DNA of 64,000 nucleotides. It comes from Paragordius varius. Taxonomy: Eukaryota; Animalia; Nematomorpha. The stretch's first letter is position 1, and the number at the start of each line of letters is the position of its first letter. The position numbers were made by a program, and so were the translations under genes. The notes beneath the pieces are model-generated. The model was not told the origin of the DNA and ran no database searches. It worked only from the letters and a program-made list of their open reading frames with translations. Shown one piece after another: positions 12,558-26,793 of this stretch. The stretch covers positions 2,232,001 to 2,296,000 of the forward strand of contig OZ176053.1 of the NCBI GenBank assembly GCA_964247055.1, read 5' to 3'.

Positions 12558-14518
12558 TAAGGTGACCAGACGTCCCGCTTTTGGCGGGACAGTCCCGCTT
12601 TTTCACACTTTGTCCCGCGTCCCGCTACGTTTTTGAAATGTCCCGCTTTTTCACGATTATATAAAAAAAATTTTTTTTTAATACAAATAAATTTTTTTTA
12701 TCCGTTTAAATTTTTCATCATAAAATATATTTAAAATCTATTCAATTTTAAATTAAAATTTTTAATTTTTAAATTAAAAATATTTATTTTTTTCGAATTT
12801 ATATCATATGATTATACACTTTGCTTCCTACTACTACTATCATCATTAACAAAAAGCCAAGTTAATACCACAAATCTCTAGATTAAAAGACAAATTAATA
12901 CCACAAATCGGTAGCTTACACGTTTATTCCAGAAAATTAAGGTAATATAATATTTATTATACTAATATTAGTTCATAATATGAGCACAAAAAGAGGTTGT
13001 AAATTTAACGATAAATTAATAAAAAAATTTCCTTTTATCAAAACGAAGAATGAATCATTTGTTAAATGTTTTTTATGCGAGGGGCACCCTAGAACATGGC
13101 GGCAAGCATGATATTACAAAGCATATGGAAACACAGAAGCATAAAAAATATTTGGATGGCATCATCTTACAAAATGAGCGATTTTTATCGAAAAACCGCT
13201 TTTGGAGAGGAAGAAAAGAATTTGGCACTAGCTGAGGGCGTGTTATCTTTTCACGCCGTTAATCACAATAATTCCTTTAGATCTATGGACTGTACCTCAC
13301 AGGTTATTCGCACGTTTACATGTGCCCGTACAAAGGTTAAAGCCATTGTGTGCAATGTCCTTTCGCCACATGCATTTTCTGAAATACAAAAAGATTTGCT
13401 AAAAATTAATTTCTTATCCCTATGCTCTGATGCATCAAATTACCTTGAAACAAAATTATTTCTCACTTTGATAAGATATTTTGATTCAGAAACCGGAGTA
13501 AAAAAATAAAATTTAGATTTAATTTCCCTACCCGGTGAAAATTCCGAAATAATATTGACTTCAATAATGCATATTTTAGAAAAAAAATAATTTAAAAGAC
13601 AAAATTATCGCATATTGCGCTGACAACACTAATAAAAACTTTGGTGGAAAAGCAAGGAGGGGAACAAAAAATAATTTTCATAAATTAACAGATAATCTTA
13701 ATCAAAATATTATTGGCGTCGGGTGTGCAGCGCATAAATACACAACGCTATTCAAACAGCTGCTGATTTGTTACCCTTATATGTAGAAAATGTAGTTGTT
13801 AAAATTTATTCCTATTTTTATAATAAACGGTACGTGTTGAAACGCTTAAAGAATTCTATGAAAATGCAAATGCAAATACTCGTTTCTGTATAAAACATTT
13901 TTATATTCTGGCTATTCATTGAGCCTTGTTTTTATGGATGCTTTATAATAATGCGATTAGGTAATGGTATAAAATTATTTTCTAACCTTTTTTGACTTGG
14001 AATTTTGACCTCTGCCCTGTGATAAAAAATAGGAAAATAGTAGATCACATTTTTATAAATATTCCATCGCTGGCAAAAGAGCTAACCAAGAGTTCTACAA
14101 TATCCAAGCATTTTAACATCTATATTTTCCACATCCAGATGTAACAAATCAGTAGCTGTTTGAATAGGGTTGTGTATCTGCCAATAATGTTTTGATTAAG
14201 ATTATTCGCTAAATTGTTAAAAATATTTTTTGTGCCGCTTCTTCATCACCCAGATCACTTTGTGATGATTTCATCTTTATTATTTTTTCTAGAATATTAC
14301 AATCACTTCACCCTTTGTTAGTGCACATGAAAATTTTTTTGATTAAGGTACAAACAACCTGTAAGGTACAAATTTTTGTATATTTATACAGTATTTGTAT
14401 TAAAAATAAATAAATATCAAAATAAATTTTTTGTATAAAAATTTTTGGTTGTACCCCCCAATGACCCCCCCTTCTCAGATTTGTCCCGCTTTTTCCTTTA
14501 AAAAATCTGGTCACCTTA
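12558..14518 (+). mobile_element. hAT Blackjack-like DNA transposon with degraded transposase (about 12980-13850)
   Basis: TIR taaggtgaccaga / tctggtcacctta; subterminal gtcccgc repeats; perfect 8-bp TSD catataac (12550-12557 and 14519-14526); frameshifted BED-like zinc finger (CFLC...KHMETQKH) and LCSDAS catalytic-D region. Confidence 0.9.
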
Positions 14519-14794
14519 CATATAACCCTTCATTTGATTTTTGTGGCTATTTTTGGAATACCTTATATATTTATCGATAGTATGGCCCTTTAAACGATAA
14601 ACATATTCATTTGACTCTTAAATTTTTGGTGATTATTACTGATTTAAGGGTTTAAAAATATTTGATTGGACAATACCTGTTTACACAATTTAGAATTAAC
14701 GGCACAAAATGATCGATGCATCTAGTTTATGTTTGTTAGGATATATCCCAATTTTTTTATTGTTAACATCAGTAAATTATAATAAGTAAGACGC

Positions 14795-16004
14795 ATGTGG
14801 CTGACCATGTGCTTTAGCCGATTTAGGGCTAAAGACGTGTTTATCCGTCTAAAACCTATATTATCTCATAAAAAAAAGATTTTAAGTTACTTTTAGGAAT
14901 ATCTTTAATGCCAATTCTGTCTACCACAACCAGCTACAAGGTTGTTCATTGTCGTTCTATTTCAGACACTCCACAAATATCCATCACCAAATATACGGCT
15001 AAAAAAGAATTTATTTGGTTGGTTTTGACTTGTATAGTAAAATCTATTTTATATAACAAAAGAGTGGAATTGTTGTAGCTATCATAAATATAATTATTCC
15101 TTTGTATTTCGGGAAATTAATTACTATTATAACACAGCCCGTTCATGATAATGTAAAGCAATACCTCTCGAATATATTTAATCCTGTTAATAGCCTTATT
15201 TTGATTTACTTTAGTCAAGTAAATAATTAATTTATGTAGGCTATTGCCACATTTTATCACATCTATAGTCTGACTTATTTTGGGGAAAATATATCAAATT
15301 TTTTGCGTGTTTGGCTCTATAGTTCTTTAATCACTGAAGAATTATCTTTCTACGATAAACATAAATTAGGCGATTTAATAACTCGGTAATTAAGTTTGAT
15401 TAAATATAAAAAAATATTTTTTAAAATTCAAATAATATGCGGTTCATTTCCCATGAGGAGCTTTTTAAAATATATGGTGCATGTAAAATAATTAGCTCAT
15501 TTCTAATTTAAATTGTAAAATAATATAATTTGTTGAATTGGCGATAAAAAATTTAAAATACCTTACAAAATTTTACTAAGTAAAAACCCTCATAAAAAAA
15601 CAATCTTATAATTATTCAATTTTTCAAATATATACGTAATATTAGTTTATAAATGATATTAATTTATCATTATCTGGGTATTGAGCCATGATTTTACCAT
15701 GGTCGTTGGGATGTTGGGGGTATCTAAATATATAATAACCTGTGGTGTTTTTTTAATGAAAATTAATGTATTTATGCTAACATATAATTTATCAAACTAA
15801 ATATCCTCTAAAAAAGCCTTTTTTACGGGTAAAATATAAAATTTTCAAATATGATTCCATTTGATATAAACGTTGATTTTGAACATCATAAATTTTGTCA
15901 AAACTTTATATTTATAAAATGAATCCAGGATATTTATTTTGTTGTAGATTACATTTTAAAATTTGTTTTTTTTACATTATACGCTTAAAAGGCCTTTTAT
16001 CATA

Positions 16005-16066
<62 letters not shown>

Positions 16067-19000
16067 TTGATGATGAATATATACCAAATTATATTTTTTT
16101 TCTAGTTTAACCAATGATATCCAAGAGTATAAAAGTTCATTTAAAAAAGTCATATCAATTGGTGTAAAATCTTCGATTCAATGTGTAGGAACCTTGTATA
16201 CCCTTTACACATTGTCACCTGAAATGACATGGGGTGTTTTCATTGTTTTACCTACATTAGTTGGGATTGGCTCTGTCCTAGCATCTGGTCTAAGAAAACT
16301 CTCTTTTGCCTGTAAAGAAAAGGTATGATAAGGTATTAACATGTACAAAGAATTAAAATTATAAACAGATAAACGTAAAAAACATAAAAATGTTTTTAAA
16401 AATTTGATATATATCTTATTTTGGGGAAAATTTTAAATGCACACTTCAAAATTGTAATAAAAATGGTGATGTAGGTAATATTAAGGTTTTAAAGTATGTT
16501 GTCCTTATTTAAAAATATTTGTCTAAAGGTTTTAAGTTTTTGTTTGTATAATATCAAAAATTACTTTTAAATACCATAACTTTTGTGCGATTATCGGATT
16601 TAATTTTTACAGATTTTTTGTCAAAGATTTTTATATTTAATCCATTGTTAATAAAAGAGTTGCGTCCAAAATATTTTTTATAAATGAATTTTTCCAAAAA
16701 ATACGCATATACGAATCATAAATATTATTTGATGATAAATTTCGAATTAAGAATTGAGCCAGGATTCTATATAAAAATAAATTGCGTGTGTTTGTGTAAT
16801 CCTCGGTTACGTATTTTAAAAAATTTTAATTAAGGCAATATTTTTTGCGCATAAATTGTCAAAAATAAAAATATTTTCCAGTTTTTTTTTCCACATAAAG
16901 TCGAATCATTTTTTTGCATTTTAATACTAAACAAACTGATACCATATTATGCATTTTAACATGCTTTACAATATATACTCCTTCGACTAAGTAAAAAAAA
17001 GTTTTATAGTGTTTTGAAAAAAAAATCGTTTTATCAAACCAATAGTTGAGTTTGATGTCTTGTCGCGCTACTGAAACGTTGGGGAATGTCCGTTTTATTA
17101 AATCATTCGCTTCCGAGGACCGTGAGATTGAAAAATTTGTCCAACTTTCAAATGAATACGAAAATGCTGGAATATCCTTGGGGTGGGGTATTGCTACATT
17201 TCAATCCCTAAGCCATTTTACATTGAATGCCCTTACCATGTTAACTGTGGCATATGGGGGAAGTTTACTCATACCACAAGTATATATATACGAATTACAG
17301 CTGGAATTCACCCTCTAACAATTCAAATTCATCCTGAAATAAATTGTCGAACTAATTTAACTTATTATTAATAAAAAATATATCTTTACGGCATAGTTTA
17401 TTCTTTTTTCGGTATTTTTTTTTAATTTAAAACAAAATTTTATTTTTTTTAAATTTATAAAATATAGGTAATTTTTTATATTAAAAAACACATAAATTAT
17501 TTTAGGGTGAATTTAAAAATCTAATATCGATTTCATTATGATTAAATTTTTTCTTTAATAATAGAGTTTGTAAATGATTGTAAACGGGCTCAATATATTT
17601 TTGGAAAAAAAATCATATAATAAAGATAAAAATGGTTAGGGTTGTGTTTGTTAAAAAAATCCTTGATGCATTATTTTTTTCACATGGTTTTTAATATAGG
17701 CTCGTTTTTAAGATTTTACCTGATTGTTTTGGGATACATACATTAAACATTTTAAATAGACACAGTAATAAACATATTGTATTTCAATTATAATTCAGCT
17801 AAAATTATATGAATGTATTATGAATTTTCGATTACTACAAGTAATTTTTGTCAAACGTAAAAAATAAAATTATAATATAAACTAAAATTTAAAGTATGAA
17901 AATTAATTGCGAAAATTACCCCTTTTTCCCAATAAAGCTGAAAATTCCCAATAAAGTTAATAATTTTGGAAAAGAGATATAATCATTATTTAAAAATGAT
18001 TCTCTTTGTATGAAACTTTTTATTAGGTGATAACTGGTGTAACGAATAACGCAACAAATACAGTTATGACTCCGGGAACTTTGATGGCTTTCCCAATGGG
18101 CGTTCAAAATATCCAAAAATGTTTGGCACAATTATCAACACTCATCAACCATTATGCCAAAATGAGTGTTAGCGGGTTAATAATTTTATTCTATTAATAA
18201 ACTCTTTCCTTTCTCTAGATATATTTTGTGATTTTGTTAAATGATTTTTTTTTACTCATCTAATTTTAAAACCCTAAACTATTGACAAATATAAGAAAAA
18301 GAGCAAAAAAATTATTTAAAAACTTAAAAATTTAGCCTAACCCCTCAAATAATTTTTGCTTTTGAAAAGTAATATTGTTAATTTACCTTAATATAGCATA
18401 CGCTTTAGTGCTGCATGCTAAATATGTAATATAAGTGCGCATTTTTAACACACTAATTTTTATTACATTTATATGTTAAATAAATATAATCAATAATGAT
18501 AATATGGTTTTTTTATATCACAAAATGTTTTATCCACAAAGGCATGCAAGCAAATGTGTGTTATGTTGTTATAAGCTAGTCTTGTAGTGACTCTTGGCTT
18601 TCTCATAAATTAATGTTCTCCATTTTCGACGATCCTGTGATTCTCTCAACTATTAAGGAAAAGTTGGGTTTGTTATTGATTTAAGCATGTTTGTCGATCC
18701 ACCGCTTTTTGGGTCGGCCCCTTCTGCGGGTGCCATCTACCAACCCAAAAAGTATGCTTTTTTCTAGCGAGTCGGATCGCAGGATATGACCCAGATATTT
18801 TAGCTGTTTGAAGATTATTAAATCGTGAAGTAAAAATTCGGGTTTGATGAGGTTGAGTATGTAAGAATTGGAGATGTGGGCTTTCCAGGAGATTCTCAAT
18901 ATTTTTTTTTAAAGCACCACATTTGAAAAGAGTTTATGCGGGCTTTGTCAATGGAATTGCATATCCATGATTCGGACCCATAATTTGCCACGGGGTATAT

Positions 19001-22000
19001 CATCGCCTTCAGGATGGCAAGTTTGGTTGGAAATCTTATGACCGACGAGTTCCAAATTTTGGACAGTTTACCCATAGTAGCACGTCCTAATGCTAGACGT
19101 GATCGGATGTCTGGATTCGTCCGAGCTACCGTCGGATGTAATTATGGAATCTAAATATTTAGAGTGATCAGTTGGTTCGATGGAGGAGTTATTGATTGTA
19201 AATGGTAGTTGTGGAGCGTTTAGGATCATTATTTTAGATTTAGCTGGGTTCAGCTTAAGACCCATCAAACTTGCTTTGATGGTGAGATTATTTAAAAGAT
19301 AGGTCATGTCCGTGTGGGATTCTGACAAGAGGATGGTGTCGTCGGGGCACCGAAGATTGCAAATAGTAAGACCACCGATCCGTGCCCCAATATGTTGTGG
19401 AAAGTTACAATTGCGTATTAATGTTTCTGTGTATAAGTTAAATAGGAGGGGAGAAAGGACACATCCTTGTCTCACGCCTCTGAGGATAGGAAACCAGTCG
19501 GTGGGACCGAATTGGGTTTTAATCGCAGCTCTTTGTCTAGAATACAGCGATTGCAGCACATTCCAATAAAAATTCTACGCACGATCCCCCTCTACTTCTT
19601 AACTGATCTTTTACAAAAAGTTTTTCAAACCTGTATTTGGATCTCTGTCAGAACTATGGAATGATTGCTATCAATAATAAACTATCCAAACTTCTTCTCA
19701 AGACTAAACTCAAAAGAATCTCATCCTCACTGGACTATGAAATATCTGAGGTACAGGCTGGCTTTAGAGCAAAAGAAACACTGCTAATCACAATAGTTAA
19801 TCTTAATACAATAATTCGAAGATACAATGAATTTGGTAAAAGTCTATAGTGCTGCTTTTTAGACTTCAGTATGGCATTTGATACAACCACGACTGCCTAT
19901 GGAACATATTACGATCCTCCGGAGTTTCCCCGCACATAATACTCTTGCTTCAATCGCTGTATTCTAGACAAACAGCTGCGATTAAAACCCCAAGCAAATG
20001 AAAAGTTAAATTTTATAAATGCCAGCCTACTATTCTTGACAACTACTTTTTATCATTGCTTTTTTATTTGTTTTATTTTCACATTTAAATTTAAAACAAC
20101 AAGTTATTGTGATATAAGGTAGTGAATTTCTCAGAGATAAAATTTTGTTAAAATATCAGGAATGATTAAAGAATCTATGTTAATTCTCTGTAAACAAATA
20201 CAGTGTGGAACTTTTATTTTATATATATGCATAATATAAACACAATATTACATTTAAATAATATATATCTATGTTTTAGAAAACATATCCAAGAATATTT
20301 GAATTACGATATTTTGGAACAAAGTAACCTAATTAGTCCGTATTGGTTTGATTGGAAAAACTTTCTACACCGTTATATGGATATATTATGCATGGAACTA
20401 CAATATTTGTATGGAAAAGACTTATTTTTACCACTAAATATACCATCATCTCGATTACTACATGGGCCAACAGAAATAGGTTTATAGAACATGAAATAAT
20501 TCAAATATATATAAGCAAAAAATATCCCTTTTCAGTCAAAAGCAACTATTTTTATTCAAACGGAACTATTTTTCGTCCAAACGCAACATTTTTTTATCCA
20601 ACTATATTTTTTTAATTGGGTAAAATGTTGAGTTTGCTTGAAAAATATTGCATTTGCTTGAAAAATAGCTTGAAAAAATGTTGCTTTTGACTGAAAATTG
20701 GCATATGCCTAAGGTATATAACATTAAAAGTTAATTTTTTTCCTTATTTTACAAATATATTTGAAAGACCTAATAAATATTTTAATTTGATTGTTTTTAT
20801 TACATACAATATGTGGCCTTTAAAACAGCTCACGTACATCTAATAAAACATTTATTTTTTTTGATAGGTAAATTAATAATCAGCCCAGAAAAATTTACAG
20901 GGACTATCAAGTTTGAAAATGTCACTTTTTCATATCCCACAAAACCGGAAATTAATGTTTTGGAAAATTTTAATTTAACCATTACACCTGGGCAAACCGT
21001 AGCTATATGTGGACATAATGGTTCAGGTACCTAAATTATCTTTTTATACATCTGCAAAAATTATTAGTTTACAAAAACGGAAAAGCAAAAAAAACGCAAC
21101 AACTTAAATGGTAAATATTTTTTGTTCATGCAGACTTTATTTTTATCCTTCATTTGCAATCCAAATAATTAGGATATATATTTTATTTTTGATTGATTAT
21201 CCAGTATTTGTCTGTGTTATTAAACATTATTTGCCTCTTATGTTTTACTTTTGTCTCTATATAAATTTTTACTAAATATAATAATATTATATGTTAAACT
21301 TAAATTTATTGTAATTGGATAGATTAATTAAAAATTCATTTTCTTGATTTGCGAAAACTATTTGACTACTTACATATCTAACGTTTTTCCGTCTTTGAAA
21401 GATTGAAATGCTTGGTATACAAAATTATGGTTAAACTATGCCTTCCTTTTTTTTTGTTAAAATTTGGATAGAATAACATTCATTAACTAAGAATTTTTAT
21501 GTTTTTTAAGATTTTTTTACGTATTTATATATTTGAAAAAACATTGTTAGGCAAAACTACACTTGTTTCATTGCTTGAAGGATTCTATAATGTTACTGCT
21601 GGAAGAATAACCATAGATGGGATTGATATTAAGGATTTGAATAAAAATTGGCTCCGTACTCATATCATTGGTGTTATAGATCAGGTATTTCATGCAGTAT
21701 ATAAAAAAATTGGTTTAATATACTATATACAATTCAAATTTACCCTTAAACAATTTAAATTCACCCTTAAACAATTCAAATACACCCTTGATTATTTCAA
21801 ATTCACCCTCAAATAAATTATATATTTTTTAAGGTTAAAAATTACCTATATTTTTATATATTTTTAAAAAATAAAATTTTGTTTTAAATTAAAATAATAC
21901 TGAAAAAATCATAATAAACTATGCCAGATATATTGCTAATTAATAATGAGTTGCTAAGCTACACCAAGCTTACTAGTTACCATATTAGTTCGAAAACACA

Positions 22001-25000
22001 TAATTTATTTTTAGGGTGAATTTGAACTGTAAATGGTTTAGATATAAACATTGTTGTAAAGCCATAAATTTTGTTTGGTTGTAAAAAAGAATTTTTTTGG
22101 TTTAAGCTTTAAAAATATAAAAAACAAAGAAATTCTGTTTTTTTCTAATTTTTAGTTCTTTAAATAACATTTTTTGGAGTCTAATAATTGTAAAGTGATA
22201 TCTAATATAAGTCAAATGTTAATTATATGAGATATTCTAAATTAAGTTTAAAACCTGATATGTCTAGGATCCCGTCATATTTTCAGGTTCTTTGATGGAA
22301 AATGTAACATATGGATCGCTAAAACCACCTCCGGATAAATTGGAAAAAGTCCTAACCATGACTAAAATAGATGAAATTTTGAATATACACAATAGTGAAA
22401 ATATAGCAATCAGCCAAAACCTTAATGATTCTTTGAAAGCTCATAAAAATGATTTGTGCTTAAGTGAACGAGGTCGTAACCTATCGGGTGGACAAAAACA
22501 ACGTATAAATATAGCGAGGACTTTACTCAAAGATACTCCTATCGTCATTTTAGATGAGGCCACCAGGTAAAATTATTACAATTATAATGTATTTAAAGCA
22601 GTAATATCTTAATTTTTAACACATATTCTTTTAAATATGAATATTTTTTTCAAATAAAATGTTGGAAAATTCCATTTTATGTTATGATGTCGTTCTTCTT
22701 TTTTATCATTTAGTTATAATTGCATTTGAAACTGAAAGCATTATCAAATAACAATCGCTTTAAATATATATCATTTATACCTCAAACTCACCTTTGATAA
22801 ATATAAATTGACCCTCGAACAATTTTCACCTTGAACAATTCAAATTCACCCTAAAAAACTTATGTCTTTTTGGGCTAATTTATTTCACCATCAATATGAA
22901 TTATATCTTTATAGCATACATAATTTATTATTTTTCAGTATTATGTTAATTTTATATGATTTTTTAAAAAATATAAGCAATATATGTAATTTTTAATCCT
23001 CAATACCTAATTTATTTTAGGGGTAAGTTTGAATCGTTCGAGGGTGAATATTGTGAATTAATATTACATGCATATATGTATACATTCATATTGTAAAAAG
23101 TTCAATGGACCCAACGTCAGAATATGTGATTAAAAAAGCCCTCATGCAATACTTACCAGGACGGACAGTTATTATCATTGCTCATAGATTGCATACAATT
23201 ACTCAGGCCGATTCGATTATTGTCTTGTCTAAAGGACAAATTGTTGAGGTTTTTTAGCTATTTTGTTTATTTTTTGAAAAAAATGAAAATAATTATGTTT
23301 AATGTTGTTGTATAAAATTTATATCATTATAAGCGTGAGAAATAACGATAATTATTGTAAGAGTAAAAAAGTAAGTAGATTTTAAATAATTTCATATGGT
23401 AATCCCCGCCCCTCATGCACTGCAAACATAATGTAATCCGATTTATTATATATCTAATGAGCCAAAAATAGTAAATTTGTTTTAACTATTTTTTCATTAT
23501 CTAAAGAATATTATATTGTCTGAATATAATTATACATTTTAAACGGAGTCGTTATACGGATAATAACCGATATATTTCTTAAGGGGGGGCCTACGGTCCA
23601 ACACATTGTTTATGTTGAAATATAAGTTATAAAGACAAAAGTAACCCACTCATAGTTGCATAATCAGAAATTAAATTTTTTAACAAGATAGATTCTTTTA
23701 TTTCTGATGGTTTTTATATATTTTTATGAAAATACGATGTTTTGGGTGTCTAAACGTTACTTAAATGTGCATTCTATATTTAATTTATATAAGCTATTAA
23801 TAATAAATTTTTACCTATTAAAGTGTTTTAAGACATTATTATTCACATATCATTATAAATTAATAATTTATGGTAGCCTATTTTCTATTTATTCGAAAAA
23901 TATTTATTTATAAATAATAGTCTTAAATGTCAATATTAAATTTTTATATCAAGGTTTAAAAGAGGCGAATTTCTGAGAATCGTTTTTTATAAAATTTATA
24001 TATTTGTATTCTCTTTGTCATCGAAAAAACGACAGTCGTATATCAATCTGCCATATATTAGCAAATATAATGTCAAAGAAATATACTCCATTTTTCTCTG
24101 AAAGAATTATTGTTAATTTGTGATTGAAGAAAGCTATAATTCTTGACAGGATTTTAAGCTTGTTTTAAACACTATTTAATTAATATTTGATGAGTATTAG
24201 TAAAAATCTTGATTTTTTATACAAAATTTCCTATTTTTAATTATAATTTTCTAGATTTATATCATATAGCCACAAATTATATCATATCATAAATTATCGC
24301 GTAGTTACAAATGAAATAAATAATTGAAAAATACTTTTTTAATAATCGGATCTTTTTTTAAATAAATGCTTTAGTTTTTTGGGGGAAGTATAGTTTAAAA
24401 AAATAATTTTTTAAAATGCTTGGCTTAAAAATGTTCACATCATTTATTATTGGTCTAATCTTATATTAAATAAATAATATTTTTATAATCCCTATAAAAT
24501 GTATTATAACCAAATTATTATTTTGCAATCTATTAAAGTTAATGGGGTCTAACCAGTTAATATTACCATTTACAGTTTAAATTCACCTTTAAACAATATA
24601 AAACCTAAAAATAAATTATGTGTTTTCGAACTAATATAACTCATTATTAATATAAAATATATCATTATGGAATAGTTTATTATTTTTTCAGTATTATTTT
24701 AATTTAAAATAAAATTTTATTTTTGTAAAAATATTTAAGAATATATGTAATTTTTAATCATAAACGCATAATTTATTTGAGGTGAATATGAATTGTTCAT
24801 GGGTGAATTTGAGTTGTTCGAGGGTGTGTTGGATTGTTTAAGAGTGAATTTTGGTATATTTTTTCAAATATATAGGTCCAAATAATGTATAATTATTTTT
24901 TTCAATATAATTATACTTGAATAAGGGTAAAAATCAGCCATTAAGGAAATCTAATCATTAACTAATATATTGCTTATAAATTAAATTATTTACCACATTT

Positions 25001-25145
25001 TGATATTCTTAGGCAATTATGAGCCTAAAAAATTTCTAATATTATATTTTTTTAATTATTCTAGAAAGGAACGCATGAAGAATTATGCCGGAAGAAGGGG
25101 TTATATTGGGACATGTTGAAAAATTCTGGATTTAATGATACATAA
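14795..25145 (+). CDS. ABCB8: Mitochondrial ABC half-transporter ABCB8. Exons about 14795/14908-15036, 15063-15218, 15240-15385, 16106-16322, 17046-17279, 18027-18175, 20280-20479, 20868-21026, 21551-21684, 22268-22566, 23101-23248, 25065-25145
   Basis: [18 protein letters not shown] matches the ABCB8-type RLTTDVQEFKSSFK motif; Walker A GHNGSGKT, LSGGQ signature, Walker B IVILDE and H-loop AHRL are intact; all phases match; stop TAA 25143-25145. The start codon is uncertain (see findings). Confidence 0.9.
16007..16063. repeat. (TA)n microsatellite, longest in the window
   Basis: About 28 TA units just upstream of ABCB8 exon 4. Confidence 0.95.
17286..17520. mobile_element. MITE family A copy (21-bp aattcaaattcaccct subrepeat TIRs)
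   Basis: aattcaccc...agggtgaattt inverted ends and shared internal segment; begins about 6 nt after the ABCB8 exon 5 donor. Confidence 0.65.
18557..19990 (-). mobile_element. RTE-clade LINE insertion, 5'-truncated with 5' inversion
   Basis: Minus-strand RT ([16 protein letters not shown], degenerate [23 protein letters not shown]) and caa-rich tail; the upstream RT part ([16 protein letters not shown]) is on the plus strand at 19560-19990; 10-bp TSD caagcaaatg at 18547-18556 and 19991-20000. Confidence 0.92.
21726..22040. mobile_element. MITE family A copy
   Basis: Four 21-bp subrepeats on the left, agggtgaatttgaactgtaaatgg on the right. Confidence 0.75.
22787..23055. mobile_element. MITE family A copy
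   Basis: aaattcaccct repeats left, agggtgaat repeats right, same internal segment. Confidence 0.7.
24566..24855. mobile_element. MITE family A copy
   Basis: ccatttacagtttaaattcacc left end; several gggtgaattt units right. Confidence 0.7.
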
Positions 25146-26084
25146 TTTACAATAAATATGGGCGTATATTGTACTTTAATTATAATATATATATATATAT
25201 TTACAAACGTTTTTAAATTAAACACTGCATAGACTTTAAACTTGCTTTGGAAAAGGAAATTTAAATCTTGGGACGAATTCGGTTATTTTTGCTGATATAA
25301 TTGCTTAAAAATGAAAAATATTATTGATATGTCTGTTTTATCTATATTTTTATTTTTATTAATATTACCAAAATATATGGGTGATCAAAACTTTTCTTAG
25401 TTACACAGAATTTTAAATAGCATATTGAATAATAAAAACGCCATATATATTTGCAACAATAACAAACATATTAACACACAGAAATAATTTCTACAGCTCC
25501 TTAAATACATACAAATAAAAGGCACTGACTGATGTTTGAGATAATATTTTTTATAAAATGAGGTCCGATTTGCGGGCTACTTTTTTGGAATTATCTTCTA
25601 GCGAATATGTATAAATTTAATCAATGGATTTGCATTAATATGGCACAAAAAATTTAATTATAAATTACTTGAATGCTTGCTCATCATTACTAGGAAAAAA
25701 ATATCTAAAACAAGATACAAAGATAAATTCATATCAGTCTTAATAAACTATTTATATATTTAAAACAATTTATACAAATTTAATTAAATTATATCTTTTC
25801 ACAATTTAACGCTATAAAATATTTAGAACATTTTGAGTTGGGAGCGGTCGTGGTCAATTTGTTTCAAGACTCAATACATGCTACATAAAAGTATCAGTAT
25901 AATTTTGGCTCTTTTTGCGATTTTTATACAGCCCAATTAAAATCTATTTAATAAATATTTGCCATAATTAATTTTCTATCATCATAAATTTGTTTTTAAA
26001 ATCAAGAATACACAAATTGCTAACTTGCATATTATAGAATAATAATTATATAATAAGTAAAAACTTAAATTAAGAGTTCAGATT

Positions 26085-26270
26085 TACAATATAAATTTTA
26101 ATGGTTGCCTATATCACACATAGTTAGGGCAATTTGCAACACAGTAGTGAATGGAAAAAACAACAAAATTTTGAATAAACAATTATTTTCCTTCTTTTTT
26201 CCATACACTCCTGTGTTGCATATTGTCCTAATATGGTGTGAAGTAAACAACCATTAAAATGCATATTGTA
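26085..26270. mobile_element. MITE family B (about 185-bp foldback; other copies 41574-41762 and about 49190-49358)
   Basis: Long imperfect palindrome ttttaatggttg...ttgcaacacagtagtg...tgtgttgca...caaccattaaaa; the 41574 copy ends tacagta / tactgta (TA-flanked CAGTA, Tc1/pogo-like). Confidence 0.75.
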
Positions 26271-26531
26271 GTATCAAAAAAATTGGGCTCTTTATCAAAT
26301 ATTATTTATTTATAAGTAATGCGTTAGTAATAGATATACGCCTTCAACATTTACAGTCTCTTAAAATATAATTTATGCGTAAAATTATATACTAATTTAA
26401 ATAGAGGATTATGGTACTTGAAAATGGTTGTAACTAACAATAGTAAAAAGCACATGGATTTGTTGTTATTCAATTTATAAAACTTTTCTGCCCAAATTAA
26501 TGTTTATATTAACTAAATTTCATTAAAAAAG

Positions 26532-26793
26532 TACAGTAAAAGCTGAAATTATACGGACTAAACATAATATGACAATTTTTTTTTGCAAAATACAACCATA
26601 CTTTTTTAAACCTTAATTATTCTCGTATAAATTATATAATTACAATTGTAAAAAATATATATAATTGATTGTTTTACCAATATACATAATTTAAAAAATA
26701 ATTCATATTTAAACAAATCAAAATTAAAAAAGTATGGAAAAACATTTGTCTTTATATTTTTACGTTTTGTCCGTATAGTTTCAATTTTTACTG
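26532..26793. mobile_element. MITE family C (about 260 bp; other copies about 48505-48765, 51620-51900, 54442-54712)
   Basis: Inverted ends cagtaaaa...atacggac...ccatactttt / aaaagtatgg...gtccgtat...ttttactg shared among four loci. Confidence 0.7.
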
